Below are positions 51,561 through 64,000 of a stretch of DNA of 64,000 nt, piece by piece. Under the pieces are notes generated by a model, which was given only the letters and a program-made list of their open reading frames with translations, searched no databases and was not told where the DNA came from. This stretch comes from Octopus vulgaris (lineage: Eukaryota). The translations under genes and the position numbers were made by a program. Numbering within the stretch: the first letter of the stretch is position 1; every line of letters starts with the position of its first letter. The DNA lies in contig OX597831.1 of NCBI GenBank assembly GCA_951406725.2, positions 39,928,001 to 39,992,000 on the forward strand, written 5' to 3'.

Positions 51561-52269
51561 AATGATAATGTTTGTCATGCGAAGGAAAGGTGGGGTTTTT
51601 TTTTTTTTATGGTTTATAGAAGTATTTTGTGAGATCTATCAGTAAAACCATAGCAAAATGTAAACCCTGCAAGTTTGAACTGACACATGTGAGTACAATG
51701 ACAAATTTGCTTAAACATTACTGAGGTAAACAACCTCCTTCAGACAACAATAGTAATACAGCAAAGCAAACATCTCTGGGAAATTCTTGAAAAAAAAACA
51801 TCATCAGCTGAAAGCGAGAAAGTATCAACACAGTGTTTGTACATAAGATGAATCGCTGACTACTCATGTTGTTTGGGACTATAAAGTGCTTTATAGGAAT
51901 ACAATTCAAGCCTGAATTTGTCATGAAAGATGAAATGTAGAGGCTGATAAAAGAGTTATCGTCTGCTCCTTTGTTTCAATCCCAGCTGACACAGGTCTTT
52001 ATGGTTCCATTGATAGATACAGGATTGTAATTTGAGTCCTGTATTGACTATCGTTGGTGAATGGAAACCAATATATTGATTATTGGCCAAGGTTATGCGG
52101 ATCAATATTTGAGTAGCATATTGGAGCAAAAAAAAAAAATATTGGCAGGCATGGCTGTATAGTTAAGAAGTTCCATCTCATTTCAAGGCATCTGCTTTAG
52201 TCTTAGGCTAACCAAAGCCAAGTGAGTGGATTTGGCAGAGAGGAATTGAGAAAGACCTGTCATACTCTA

Positions 52270-52307
<38 letters not shown>

Positions 52308-52747
52308 TCTCTGTGCAAATTTATAGCTCCAGTTCTCTGAATCTGTTAAATTTGGTATGAATACAAATGGATTGGCTATTTATCTGTAGACCCCCCTAAT
52401 GAGATCACAAAGGGCTGAAAATCAATTAAGGCAGTTCATCACTTTTCCTGTCTACAGAGACATAGGGAAATTTGACATATTTGCTATGTAGGTTTACATA
52501 GATCATACCTCAATACTGCAAGGACTTGACCTCCTGTAGACAGGTTGCTCATATTAAAATAAAGTGTTAAATACTTTTTTGTATTCAAATTACTAACTTC
52601 AGTGAAGCTTCTATATTTGATATATATATACATACATATATATATATATATATATGCATGTGTGTGTGTGTGTATGTATATATATATATATAATAGTGGT
52701 ACAACAATGCACCAATATTTACTGGAAATAGCAGTTGGCAATATATA

Positions 52748-53155
52748 CTTTACTTTACTTACTTGTTTCAGTCATTTGACTGTGGCCATGCTGGAGCACC
52801 GCCTTTAGTCGAGCAAATCGACCCCGGGACTTATTCTTTGTAAGCCCAGTACTTATTCTATCGGTCTTTTTTGCCGAACCGCTAAGTGACGGGGATGTAA
52901 ACACACCACCATCGGTTGTCAAGCAATGCTAGGGGGACAAACACAGACACACAAACACACACACATACATATATATATATATACATATATACGACAGGCT
53001 TCTTTCAGTTTCCATCTACCAAATCCACTCACAAGGCATTGGTCGGCCCGGGGCTATAGCAGAAGACACTTGCCCAAGATGCCACGCAGTGGGACTGAAC
53101 CCAGAACCATGTGGCTGGTTAGCAAGCTACTTACCACACAGCCACTCCTGCGCCT
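52748..53155 (-). mobile_element. SINE family A, young full-length copy
   Basis: Near-identical to 8889-9308. Confidence 0.92.
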
Positions 53156-53272
53156 ATGTCGCTATAATGAAGTTTCACTGTGTATATACTGGCAAAGATG
53201 TATGTGGGTGGCATACATAAGAAATTTCATCTTATCTGTAGGACGAATATCAGGTAAATGTCCAACCAAATG

Positions 53273-53450
53273 TGGTTTCAGACATATGACTGCGACCATG
53301 CTGGAATACTGCTTTAGTTGAACAAATCGACCCAGGACGTATTTTTTGTAAGCCTAGTACTTATTCTATCGATCCCTTTGGCCGAACCACTAAGTTACAG
53401 GGGCGTAATTAAACACACCAGCATTGGTTGTGAAGCGATGGTGGGGGGAC
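53273..53450 (-). mobile_element. SINE family A 3' fragment
   Basis: Matches the SINE-A 3' half. Confidence 0.75.
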
Positions 53451-53761
53451 ATCAGTTGTCCCCTGTTTTATCTACTCCATTCTGAAGGTATGACACGAAA
53501 CTACTTTTGGTTTTCTACTAGCAGAATGAATCTGCCAACATCTGTAAATTTGGTAAAAGGTGTGAGTATAGGCCAGGCTGGCTACTGGAAACTCTTTCTG
53601 TTGGTAGATTCACCTCTACCCGCTGGAAACCCAAGGTGCCGACAATAAATAATAGTTGTACTCTACCTTCAGTATTGAGTGTACTTGTTTCTGTTTATTT
53701 CCACTAATGATGGTATATATATATATATATGTGTGCATGTTTTATGTCTCTTTTTACACAT

Positions 53762-54143
53762 AGGCATAGGAGTGGCTGTGTGGTAGGTAGCTTGCGTATG
53801 AACCACATGGTTCCGGGTTCAGTCCCACTGTGTGGCACCTTGGGCTAGTGTCTTCTATAGCCTCGGGCCGACCAATGCCTTGTGAGTGGATTTGGTAGAC
53901 AGAAGCTGAAAGAAGCCCATCATATATATGGGTGTTTGTGTGTCTGTGTTTGTCTCCCCAACATCACTTGACAACTGATGCTGGTGTGTTTACATCCCCA
54001 TAACTTAGCAGTTCGACAAAAGAGACCGATAGAATAAGTACTAGGCTTACAAAGCATAAGTCCTGGGGTCGATTGGCTCGACTAAAAGCAGTGCTCCAGC
54101 ATGGCTGCAGTCAAATGACTGAAACAAGTAAAAGAGTAAGAGT
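53762..54143 (+). mobile_element. SINE family A
   Basis: Full-length copy. Confidence 0.9.
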
Positions 54144-54984
54144 AAACACCTGTATGCACCTATATATGTCTATGCATATATATATACACACATTTATATG
54201 CTTATGTCTGTGTATAAAATCTTATTGTTGCTAACTCACAAGCATTCAGAAACTTTTGTTTCCTTTTATAAAAAAAGAAAGAAAAAGAAACAAAGAAAGG
54301 GGACCCCACCAGTCAGTCAGCGTAATGACAATCTCGTTAGTCTAACGATAATTGTGATAGGTACTTAGGTAATCATCATTATTAAGGAAGCTGGCTAGCA
54401 AAACAAATGGCGGAGAAAGACAGGCCAGAACTAAAAGACAAACAGACGGAAATCAATATGGACTGATCAATATGCAATCCTTTTGTTTAGAGTTGACATT
54501 AATTCTTTCTTCTTTTCAGTTTTCCTTTTTATCTCCTTTATTTGCCTTATTCTTCATTTATAGATCAGGTTTTATTGAGATCCCAAAGAAACGAGTCCCT
54601 TCATGTTTTGTTTTGTTTTGTTTCGTTTTGTTATTTTTTTCAATCCACCCCCAATTATCTCGGCTGATGTCAGTATGCTGAAAGGAAATGAAGGACAATG
54701 AGGTGTGTTTAAATTAGCCTCTTTTGTTGTTGTTTTTCTTCTACTTTCAACGTCTCATCAAGGTAAAATTGGCCATCAATCCTCTTTGTTTTATTTTATT
54801 TTTATCTTATTTATTTATTTGCTTTTTGTGCCGTAATCGATAAAGTAAGATACTCTGCGGTCAGTTTAATCGACTACACCTCACCACCGTCGTCACCTCC
54901 ACTGCCCCGACCAAAATTTGTCCCTTTGTTCTCCGGACAGAAATCATCAGTGTTATTGATTAGCATTGTTCACCAGCTGATAGC

Positions 54985-57570
54985 ATGGAATAATTGGTCA
55001 AATTGTTAGCACGCTGGACGAAATACTTCATGGTGCTTTCTCCAGTTCCTTCCATTCTGAGTTCAGATCTCGCCAAGGTCAACTTTTCATTTCATCATTT
55101 TACTTTCAAGTACAGAAGTTGTTGCTATAGACATGATCACAACTCTTCCCCTCAAATTTGCTAACCTGCTAACTATATGCTTATATGATCATTATTATTA
55201 TTATTGTTACTATTATTATTATTATTATTATTAGTTAGGCAGTGAGCAGGTAGAATCGTTAGCATGCCGGACAAAGTGCTTAGCAGCATTTCGTCTGTCT
55301 TTATATTCCAAGTTCAAATTCCGCCAAGGTTGACTTTGCCTTTCATCCTTTCTGGGTTGATAAATTAAGTACAAGTTAAACACTGGGGTTGATGTAATGG
55401 ACTGGCCACCTCCCCCCAAAGTTTCAGACCTTGTGCCTATAGTAGAAAGAATTATTATTACCTCTGCCTTAGTGAAGGTGGAGGTATTGTTTTCAGTTAC
55501 GTTTGTTTGTTGGTTGGTTTGTCCATGGTCAAGATATCTCAAGAAACACTGGATGGATTTGGATGAAACTTTTGGGGATGTTTGGCCTCATGACTGGCAA
55601 GAAATGATTAGATTTTGTGATTGATCTGGTTGTGAACAAGGATTCTGGATTATTTTTTTTGTTTTCACTTAATTTTTGAGAGCTGTCAGGTTCATTTTGA
55701 GTATTCTTGTTTGTGAGAGCAGTCAAGTTTATTTCAGATATTCTCATTTTAAAAATCATCTCTGGCTAATCATTGAGTGGATGTTGATGTTACCTTGGTG
55801 GAGGTTTGCGCTCTCTGAATGCTCTTGTTATTATTATCAACAAGCTGGCAGAATTGTTAGCATGCCAGGCAAAATGCTTAGCAACATTTTGTCCATTTTC
55901 ATATTCCGAGTTGAAACGCCACCGAGGTCGTCTTTGCATTCATCCTTTTGGGGTCGATGAAATAAGTACCAGCTTACCACTGGGGTTGATGTAACTGACC
56001 ACACCCTCCCCCCAGATTTCAGGCCTTGTGCTGATAGTAGAAAGGATTACTAATTAGGCAGCGAGCTGACGGAATTCTTAACATGCTGGGCATTTTGTTA
56101 CATTACGGAATTTTGTCCATCTTTATATTCTGAGTTTAAATACCACTGAAGTGAACTGCCTTTCGTTTTTTGGCGGAGTGATTAAGTGAGTACCAGTTAA
56201 ACATTTGGGTTGATGAAAGCAACTGGCGCCGTGTCCTGGAGTTTCAGTCGTTGAACCTGCTGTAGAAATGATCAATGTTATTGTTAATTATTCATTATCA
56301 GTAAAACCTAATGACAGTTGTTTCTGAGAGGACCCCATGGAGTAGGTGTCTGAGAAACTCTATTCCCTCAACCCTCCCAAGAATAGTGGGTGGAGAAGCT
56401 GGTTAGGTGGTTAGTTAGCATGCCTGACAAAATACTTTGCAGTAATTCTTGTGGCTCTTTACTGAGTTCAAATCCCTCTGCAGTCAACTTTACTGCCCAT
56501 CTTTTCAGGGGCAATAAAATAAAGATCCATTTAAATAGTAGGGGCGGGGTCAATGGTTTTGACCATGCCACCTCCTCTAAAAATTGCTAGCCTTGTACCT
56601 AAATTAGAAGTCATCATCACCATCATCATCATCATCATCATCATTGGGGTGGTCAGCTAGTAGGATCATTAGCATGCCTGACAAAATGCTTAGCAGTAAT
56701 TCTTGTGGCTCTTTACTGAGTTCAAATCCCACTGCAGTCAACTTTGCTGCCCATCTTTTCAGGAGCAATAAAATAAAGATCCAGTTAAATAGTAGGGGCG
56801 GGGTCAATGGTTTTGACCATGCCACCTCCTCTAAAAATTGCTAGCCTTGTACCTAAATTAGAAGTCATCATCACTATCATCATCATCATCATCATTGGGG
56901 TGGTCAGCTAGTAGGATCATTAGCATGCTGGACAAAATGCTTATCAGTATTTCATCCAGCTTTAAGTTCTGAGTTCAAATTCCATCGACGTCAGCTTTGC
57001 TTTTCATCCTCTCAGAGTTGATCACGGGTCAGTGTAACCATCTTGCTTCTTCCTTCAAACTTCCTGGCTTTTTGCCAAAATTCGAAGCAGTTATTATTAA
57101 TTAAGGTGACGAGTTAACAGAACCATTAACACTGAGCAAAATGCTTAGGGGCATTTTGTTTGTTCTTATATTCTGTGTTCAGATTCCACTGAAGTTGACT
57201 TGGCCTTTCATCGTTTCAGGGTTGATAAAATAAGTACCAGTTCAACACTGGGGTTGATGTAATCGACAAGTCCCTTCCTGCAAAACTGCTGGCCTTGTGC
57301 CAAAATTTGAAACCATTATCATTATCGTTATCAAGGCTGCGAGCTGACAGAATCGTGAGTGCGCTGCACGAAATGCTTAGCTGTATTTTGCCCGTTGCTA
57401 CAGTTTGAGTTCAAATTCTACCAAGGTCAACTTTACCTTTCATCCTTTAGGGGTCAATAAAATAAGTACCAGTTGTGAACACTGGGGGTCGATGTTATTG
57501 ACTCGTCCCCTTCCCCACAGTTGCTGCCTTTGTGGCAAACTTTGAAATCATTATTATTATTATTGTTATT
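54985..57570 (+). mobile_element. Large head-to-tail SINE-C array, about 9 units
   Basis: Successive heads near 54990, 55237, 55840, 56056, 56395, 56647, 56896, 57103 and 57334, separated by (ATT)n/(CAT)n. Confidence 0.85.
55458..55829 (+). mobile_element. Helentron-associated (HINE/DINE-1-like) element inside the SINE-C array
   Basis: TTACCTCTGCCTT..AAGGTGGAGGT, (GTTT)n, 3' TTGGTGGAGGTTTGCGCTC; (ATT)n on both sides. Confidence 0.8.
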
Positions 57571-58374
57571 ATCGATGTTGTTGTCTTTAGCTTAGCTCCA
57601 TTGACTGTTGGCACCACTGTCAATGGGTATTAATAGACAATCTTGATTTACAAAAGCTCTCTTCAAGGAGAATTACTTGGCTATGCAAGGCAGCAAGCTA
57701 ATATTTTAAATATAGCTTAGTCCAGCTGACTGCTAACTTTCATTCCATTTGTTGTCTGTCGAAGGTTGATGGCTGATCTGATCTTATTAGAAAAGAAACG
57801 CTTCTGATTGATTGCTTGGTGATGATGGTGGCTGTAGTGGTGGGGGTGGTTTGTAAGGTTTTTTTTTTTTTTAATGTCCATGTTCACATGGTTGTATGGT
57901 TGGGTTTTGTTTGTATGTATTTGTGTGTTTGCAAGACTGTCAATTGGTGTGTTTGTGTGTGTTGAGTGAGATTATTAATTGGGATTGTATGAGAGTTTGT
58001 GTGTGCATTTGTGGTACTTTTTTGTATATGATATTGTGTGTATATGTATTTGTGTGCATGTATACACACCCATACACACACACACACACACACACACACA
58101 GATATATCCAATACTCACAAGCCACAGATGCCCGTCCAGATTCATTCTCAACACAAAACCCACTTAAACTGTCTCACATTCCTTATTATATATATATGTA
58201 TATAATATATACTCATATTTATAGTACAGGTGAATGGACAAACAAAAGAAAAAGGTACTCAATATATTTAGTAAGAGTTACATTTATTATTATTATTTAA
58301 AACTGTTTGATTTGGCAAGGGGCCAAATCAAGCTGTTTTAGGCAATAATAATAATAATAATAATAATAATTGTA

Positions 58375-58662
58375 ATCATGATGCTGTCTCCCTTTGAAGA
58401 CAATGTCTGAGCATTCAGCTTTTGCCAAATGGCCTCCGCAAATGGTTTGTTTATAGTGATCAAATGTTCTTGCCTCACAGTTGACTCTCCCCATCAAATT
58501 GATATTGTATAAACAGGGGCACAGTGTGCCACACATCAGGTGTCGAAATGATTGCAGAGCAGTGTGAGATAAAGGTTTTTGCCCAAGAACACAACACACC
58601 ACCCAGTCTAGGAATTGAAACCACAATCTCACGGACATGAGTGCAACACCCTGTGCGCCTAA
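58375..58662 (-). mobile_element. SINE family D (body type 1)
   Basis: Homologous to 14500-14740. Confidence 0.7.
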
Positions 58663-58746
58663 CAATAATAATAGTCATAATATACACACATACATGTATA
58701 TCTATCTATCTATCTATGTATATATAATATATATATATATGTATAT

Positions 58747-58978
58747 ATGGATGCAGATGTCTTTAAAATAAAGCTAGACCTCTTCCTGTCAGGTGTCCCA
58801 GATGAACCAACTTCACGGCATGAGGTGCAGATGAGGGCAGCTGCATCAAACTCTCTCATGCACCAAATGTCAATTGCTACAAAGCATTTGTGAAGAAAAA
58901 TCATGTAGCTACACTGAATGGCAGTGCCCCAGCATGGCCACAGCTTGTGAGCTGAAACTAGATGGAAATGAAAATGAA
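58747..58978 (+). pseudogene. 3' end of a CR1-like LINE (RT C-terminus plus 3' UTR)
   Basis: DVFKIKLDLFLSGVPDEPTSRHEVQMRAAASNSLMHQ..* (stop at 58891-58893) fits the FKxxLDxFL..PDEP..SNSL C-terminus of invertebrate CR1-group LINEs; GAAAAT-like tail. Confidence 0.75.
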
Positions 58979-59073
58979 TACAATAATTCCTTGACTATCG
59001 CAGGTGTTACATTCCAGAACCCCATTCAATAGGTGAATGTCCGTGAAATAGAAACAATACTGTACTCTCTCTC

Positions 59074-59477
59074 TCTTTACTCTTTTACTTGTTTCAGTCA
59101 TTTGACTGCGGCCATGCTGGAGCACCGCCTTTAGTCGAGCAAATCGACCCCGGGACTTATTTTTTGTAAGCCCAGTACTTATTCTATCGGTCTCTTTTGC
59201 CGAACCGCTAAGTGACGGGGACGTAAACACACCAGCATCGGTTGTCAAGCAATGCTAGAGGGACAAACACAGACACACAAACATCTACATACGCACATAT
59301 ATATACATATATACGACAGGCTTCTTTCAGTTTCCGTCTACCAAATCCACTCACAAGGCATTGGTCGGCCCGAGGCTATAGCAGAAGACACTTGCCCAAG
59401 ATGCCACGCAGTGGGACTGAACCCAGAACCATGCGGTTGGTAGGCAAGCTACTTACCACACAGCCACTCCTGCGCCT
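59074..59477 (-). mobile_element. SINE family A, young full-length copy
   Basis: Near-identical to 8889-9308. Confidence 0.92.
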
Positions 59478-60399
59478 ATTTTTTTTTATTACTTTTATAA
59501 TTTGCATATATTTATTTTATCATAAATGCAAAACAACACCACGGAGGTATCGATGTAGGTTTTAATAATAAACCACGACAGGTGAACTGTGATGGATGAA
59601 CCGCGATATGGTGAGGGATTACTGTATATCATATATACACACTTATATATATTAGTATACATAGGTATACACTCAAACACACATACATGCATATATTCTC
59701 CCATTGTACTCAGTTGCTTTGTACTTCCACAGAGAAATGGTGATGAAAGATGAAAGTAGGTCTACACTCCGCTGCTTGCGATTGTCCATAATCAGGAGCA
59801 TGACACCATTCCCCACAGCCGTTCCCCAGTTCCCTGTGCAAGCTCGTCAACTCAAAGCAAAAGCTGCCTAGCACCACATTATTAAACACTGCAACGTGTG
59901 CTACGAAGTGTAATAAACCTAACCGACTTCCAAGACAAAAGCAAAACTCAGGAAGTATTTCGAAGGCCATTAAAAACAAACCCAGCACTTAACGTTACAA
60001 TCTCTGCCACTGTTTCTCAATTCCTCTTGTGTTACTTGTTTCGGTTTTCTCTTGATTGGAATTGTGGAATTGGTAATTTGTTTTCCTGGTTGAAGTGTAA
60101 TAGACTTCCATTAGTTTGCTTCCTGTGTTTAGATTTTTTTTGTTTTTTTTTTATCTGTTTTATATCTTTTTTGTTACTGCTTTTTTTTCCTGTTCCTGTG
60201 TTGTTTTGTTTTTATTGTTCTGTTTACCTTTTTTTTAGTTTTCTTTGTTTCTTTTTTTCATTTTTCACTTCTTGTGTGTGTTTATGTTGTTTGTATTTAC
60301 TTGCATTCATGTATACATTTATGTGTGTATATGTATGTATATATATATATATATATATATACATATTTGCATATGATACATTTATGTAGATGTGTGTCT

Positions 60400-60802
60400 A
60401 TATGTATGATTTATGCACATGTTGATATATGATATTTATATTAATATATGTGTGTGTATGTATACAAATGTGTATGTGTATATATGTGTATATTTGTGTG
60501 TATATTTGTATGTATATATGTGTATATTTGTATGTATATATATGTATATTTGTATGTATATACATATATATATGTGTGTGTGTATATTTATTTCTATATA
60601 TATATATGTGTGTATATTTGTATATATATGTGTGTATATCTGTATATATGTTTGTATATTTGTACATATGTGTGTATATTTGTATATTTATATGTGTATA
60701 TATGTTTGTATATTTGTACATATGTTTGTATATTTGTATATATGTGTGTATATATGTATATATATATGTGTGTGTAAATGTATATATGTGTGTGTATATG
60801 TG
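60400..60802. repeat. TA/TG-rich degenerate repeat with GTATATTTGTA units
   Basis: Direct inspection. Confidence 0.9.
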
Positions 60803-60805
60803 TCT

Positions 60806-60950
60806 TAAGGTGGTGAGCTGGCAGAAACGTTAGCTTACCAGGCGAAATGCCTAGCACCATTTCATCTGCCGTTACATTCTGAGTTCAAATTCCTCCAAGG
60901 TCGACTTTGCCTTTCATCCTTTCGGGGCTGATTAAATAAATACCAGTTAT
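60806..60950 (+). mobile_element. SINE-C, 3' truncated
   Basis: AAGGTGGTGAGCTGGCAGAA..GAGTTCAAATTCC..GTCGACTTTGCCTTTCATCCTTTCGGGG. Confidence 0.85.
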
Positions 60951-60964
60951 ACCGTGCTTGTGTT

Positions 60965-61200
60965 GACCAGTCAAGCCAAGTGAAATCGTAGTTGTGGCCG
61001 ATGCCAGTGTTGGGTCAATGGCACCAGTGCTGGTGGTACGTAAAAGCACCCATTACACTCTTCGAGTGGTTGGCATTAGAAAAGGCATCCAGGTGTCGAA
61101 ACCATACCAAATCAAATTAGAACCTGGTGCTGCCCTCCAGCTTACCAGTTTTCAGTCAAACCATCCGTGGAAAGCAGATGTTAAACAACAATGAAGATGA
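60965..61200 (+). mobile_element. RTE LINE 3' UTR fragment (family B)
   Basis: Begins CAAGCCAAGTGA (possible ORF end QAK*), then family B motifs. Confidence 0.75.
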
Positions 61201-61259
61201 TTTATATGTGTGTGTATATATATATGTATATATAAAGGGAAAATATGTGTATATATATG

Positions 61260-61343
<84 letters not shown>

Positions 61344-61521
61344 TATATATATATACATATATACACACATATATATATACACACATATATATACATATAT
61401 ACACACATATATATATATACATATATACACATATATATATATATACATATATATACACATATACACACATATATATTATATACATATATATATACATATA
61501 TATATATATACATATATATAC

Positions 61522-61575
<54 letters not shown>

Positions 61576-61692
61576 GCATACATATATATATATATGCATA
61601 CATATATATATATATGCATACATATATATATACATACACACACACACATATATATATACACACACACACACACATATATATATACATATATA
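61201..61692. repeat. (TA)n/(CA)n compound microsatellite
   Basis: Direct inspection. Confidence 0.95.
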
Positions 61693-61956
61693 AAGTGCGT
61701 GTTTGTGTGCACAGGAATGCACACACCATCCACCCACTCTCTGTGACATGTTTAGCTTTAAACAAAATTCTTCCGAATAAATCACTTCAGTGTTACTTTC
61801 TCTCTCTCTCTCTCTCTCTCCCTCTCTCTCCCTCTCTCTCTCTCTCTCCCTCCCATTCATAAGACGTACTGACTGTTTCAATTATCTTTGGTTCCTGTTC
61901 TCTCTGGTACTGTAAGGTACTGGGTACTTTTGTACATGCGTGTATATTCGGTTCTC

Positions 61957-61987
<31 letters not shown>

Positions 61988-62341
61988 GTAGTAGGAATTG
62001 TGTCGCAGTGTGCATGACTGACTGTCTGGGACCCTGCTAGTATGTATGAATCTGTGTGCGTGTGTAGCTTTTTTTATGTTGGCATCTGTTGGAGATCGTG
62101 TTTGCAGGTGTATGTTGATGTGTCTCTCTGATGAACCTGTGTGCGTGCACAGGTACGTGTGCATGTGTCTGCTTTTGTGTTAAAGTCTTGTTTACTTATT
62201 GTTGTTTTTTAGGGGGGGTGTTTTTCTTTTTTGCATCTCTTGGTGTCTGTTGCTAAATCTTTTTTTCCTGTTTTTACAATGCGTGTTTGTTTCATTTATT
62301 TGTGTACGAGTATACGTGTGTCTGTATGTGTATATTACGTT

Positions 62342-62377
<36 letters not shown>

Positions 62378-63135
62378 AGTGTGTGTCAGTGTCTGTTGCT
62401 AAACTTGTTTCATTTGATTTCGGCTGTGTGTGTGTGTGTGAGAATGTGTTTGTATGTATTTGTGTGAGTTTGTGTGTGTACGTATCTGTGTTCGTGTGTG
62501 TACAAATTTGAGTATTTGTGTGTTCATGTTTCATGTTTATGTGTGTTTGCTTGTATGTATGTATGTAGTGAAACCTTCTGTACGTATGCAATGATTCCTT
62601 GTCCTTCTTTTTGTTTGTTTGTTTGTTTGTCTTTTAATTTTTGTTTTCGTTAATTTAATTTTATTTCTACTTTCCTCTCATCTCTCTTCTTAGTGTTGTT
62701 ATCTCTGTGCTTTATGTTTTATTTCATTCGTTTTTCTCTGCTGCTGCTGGAAAATGGAAAATAGCAAAACCAACCAAAGAAAAAGGAAAAAGAAATAAAA
62801 TAAAAAAAAAAAGAAATAAAAGGACAGAAAAAGAAAGACAAAAACCTGTTTCAACTCATTTCCGTCTTTTAGCAGAAGCAAACACCTACCTCGCTACCTA
62901 CCTACACACCTACCTGCCTACAAACATACGAACATAACATAACTTAGCAGAGATCAAACACAACATCTGCAATATTTGTATGCAATTAAATAAATAACAA
63001 TACAGGTATAATCTATATACTTCTAGTATCTTTGCGATGTTTAAGTTCTAATGAAATTGGCCATTGTCGTCATGTCTATGTCGCGACTAAAGCTCACATA
63101 AGAGTGCACATATGTGCATGCTATGAGTTTTTTAA

Positions 63136-63345
63136 CCCTTTAGCTTTCAGAGTATTCTGTTAAATATAAACCTCATTTGTTCCCATTGTTTTGAATTAAT
63201 CATCAAGACTTTGATGATGTGCTTGTTTGTTTTTTTCGTAATATGATATCGTAACGCATGTGTGAGAGGCTGGATCCAGCCAGTTTGAAACATAACACTT
63301 GTGGGATATTTGGGCTAGGTGTGGCTAGTTTAAACACTTAAAGGG
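63136..63345 (-). mobile_element. piggyBac-like MITE family 1
   Basis: TTAA|CCCTTTAG...TAAAGGG|TTAA. Confidence 0.85.
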
Positions 63346-63540
63346 TTAATGTTATTTCGTCTTTATTCAGAACACATTATAGGCGTATATTTGCATGGCT
63401 GCATATGTATGCACATATCTGTACATTTGTATGCGTGTGTGTGTGTGTGTGTGCAAGTCCATACATACACGCATATCTTCATACTAACACGCTCACATAG
63501 GAACGTCATGAACATCCTTTTCTACTCTAGGCACAAGGCT

Positions 63541-63883
63541 CAAAATTTTTGCGGGGGGGGGGGGGGGCAGTCGATTAAATCGACACCAGTATGCAACTGG
63601 TACTTAATTTATTAACCTCCAAAAGGATGAAAGGCAAAGTCGGCGGAATTTGAACTCAGAACATGAAACATGTCATGAATATCCTCATAACTATTTAATG
63701 CCCATGCTCCAGGATCAAAATTTTTGCGGAGGGGGCCAGTCGATTAGATCGACACCAGTATGCAACCGGTACTTAATTTATCGACCCCCAAAAGGATGAA
63801 AGGCAAAGTCGGCGGAATTTGAACTCAGAACAACATAAAACATGTCATGAATATCATCATAACTATTTAATGCCCATGCTCCA
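63541..63883. repeat. ~175-bp tandem duplication containing a reverse SINE-C piece
   Basis: CAAAATTTTTGCGG at 63541 and CAAAATTTTTGCGG near 63716; CATGTCATGAATATC..CATAACTATTTAATGCCCATGCTCCAG occurs twice. Confidence 0.9.
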
Positions 63884-64000
63884 GACTGGCATTGATGAAT
63901 GGTTTGGCAAGATCTGATGTGTCCAAGAATTACATTTTCTTCCAGTGTCTGCTTTGGCATCGTTTCTGCAGCTGGGTGCCCTTTGTAACACCATCCACCT

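Noticed and set aside
61127-61881. Long YI/HT/CV-rich ORFs here and throughout the window
   Set aside because: Dinucleotide microsatellite translations

Overview
AT-rich, repeat-dense eukaryotic DNA. The repeat repertoire looks like Octopus/coleoid cephalopod (my recognition, not a database result). I find no intact host protein-coding gene. Almost all listed ORFs are translations of (TA)n, (CA)n, (CT)n, (ATT)n or (ACC)n microsatellites or of SINEs. The window is a mosaic of three tRNA-derived SINE families (A: ~400 bp with a CORE-like box and internal TA/TG microsatellite; C: ~220 bp with an (ATT)n tail, often in head-to-tail arrays; D: shared head with variable bodies), many 5'-truncated RTE-LINE 3' ends, a CR1-like LINE 3' end, two TTAA-flanked piggyBac-like MITE families, a Tc1-like MITE, three Helentron/HINE-like elements and a decayed mariner. 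The most notable signals are: (1) a strong recursive-splice-site motif (polypyrimidine tract, CAG|GTAAGT at 46980/46981) followed by a stop-rich cryptic exon, suggesting the region lies in a giant + strand intron; (2) a near-canonical type I hammerhead ribozyme at 1372-1441; (3) a LINE 3' end sharing a covarying stem-loop tail with SINE-A; (4) an RTE-like ORF end with three C2H2 zinc fingers. Coordinates were read by eye and repeat edges are approximate.
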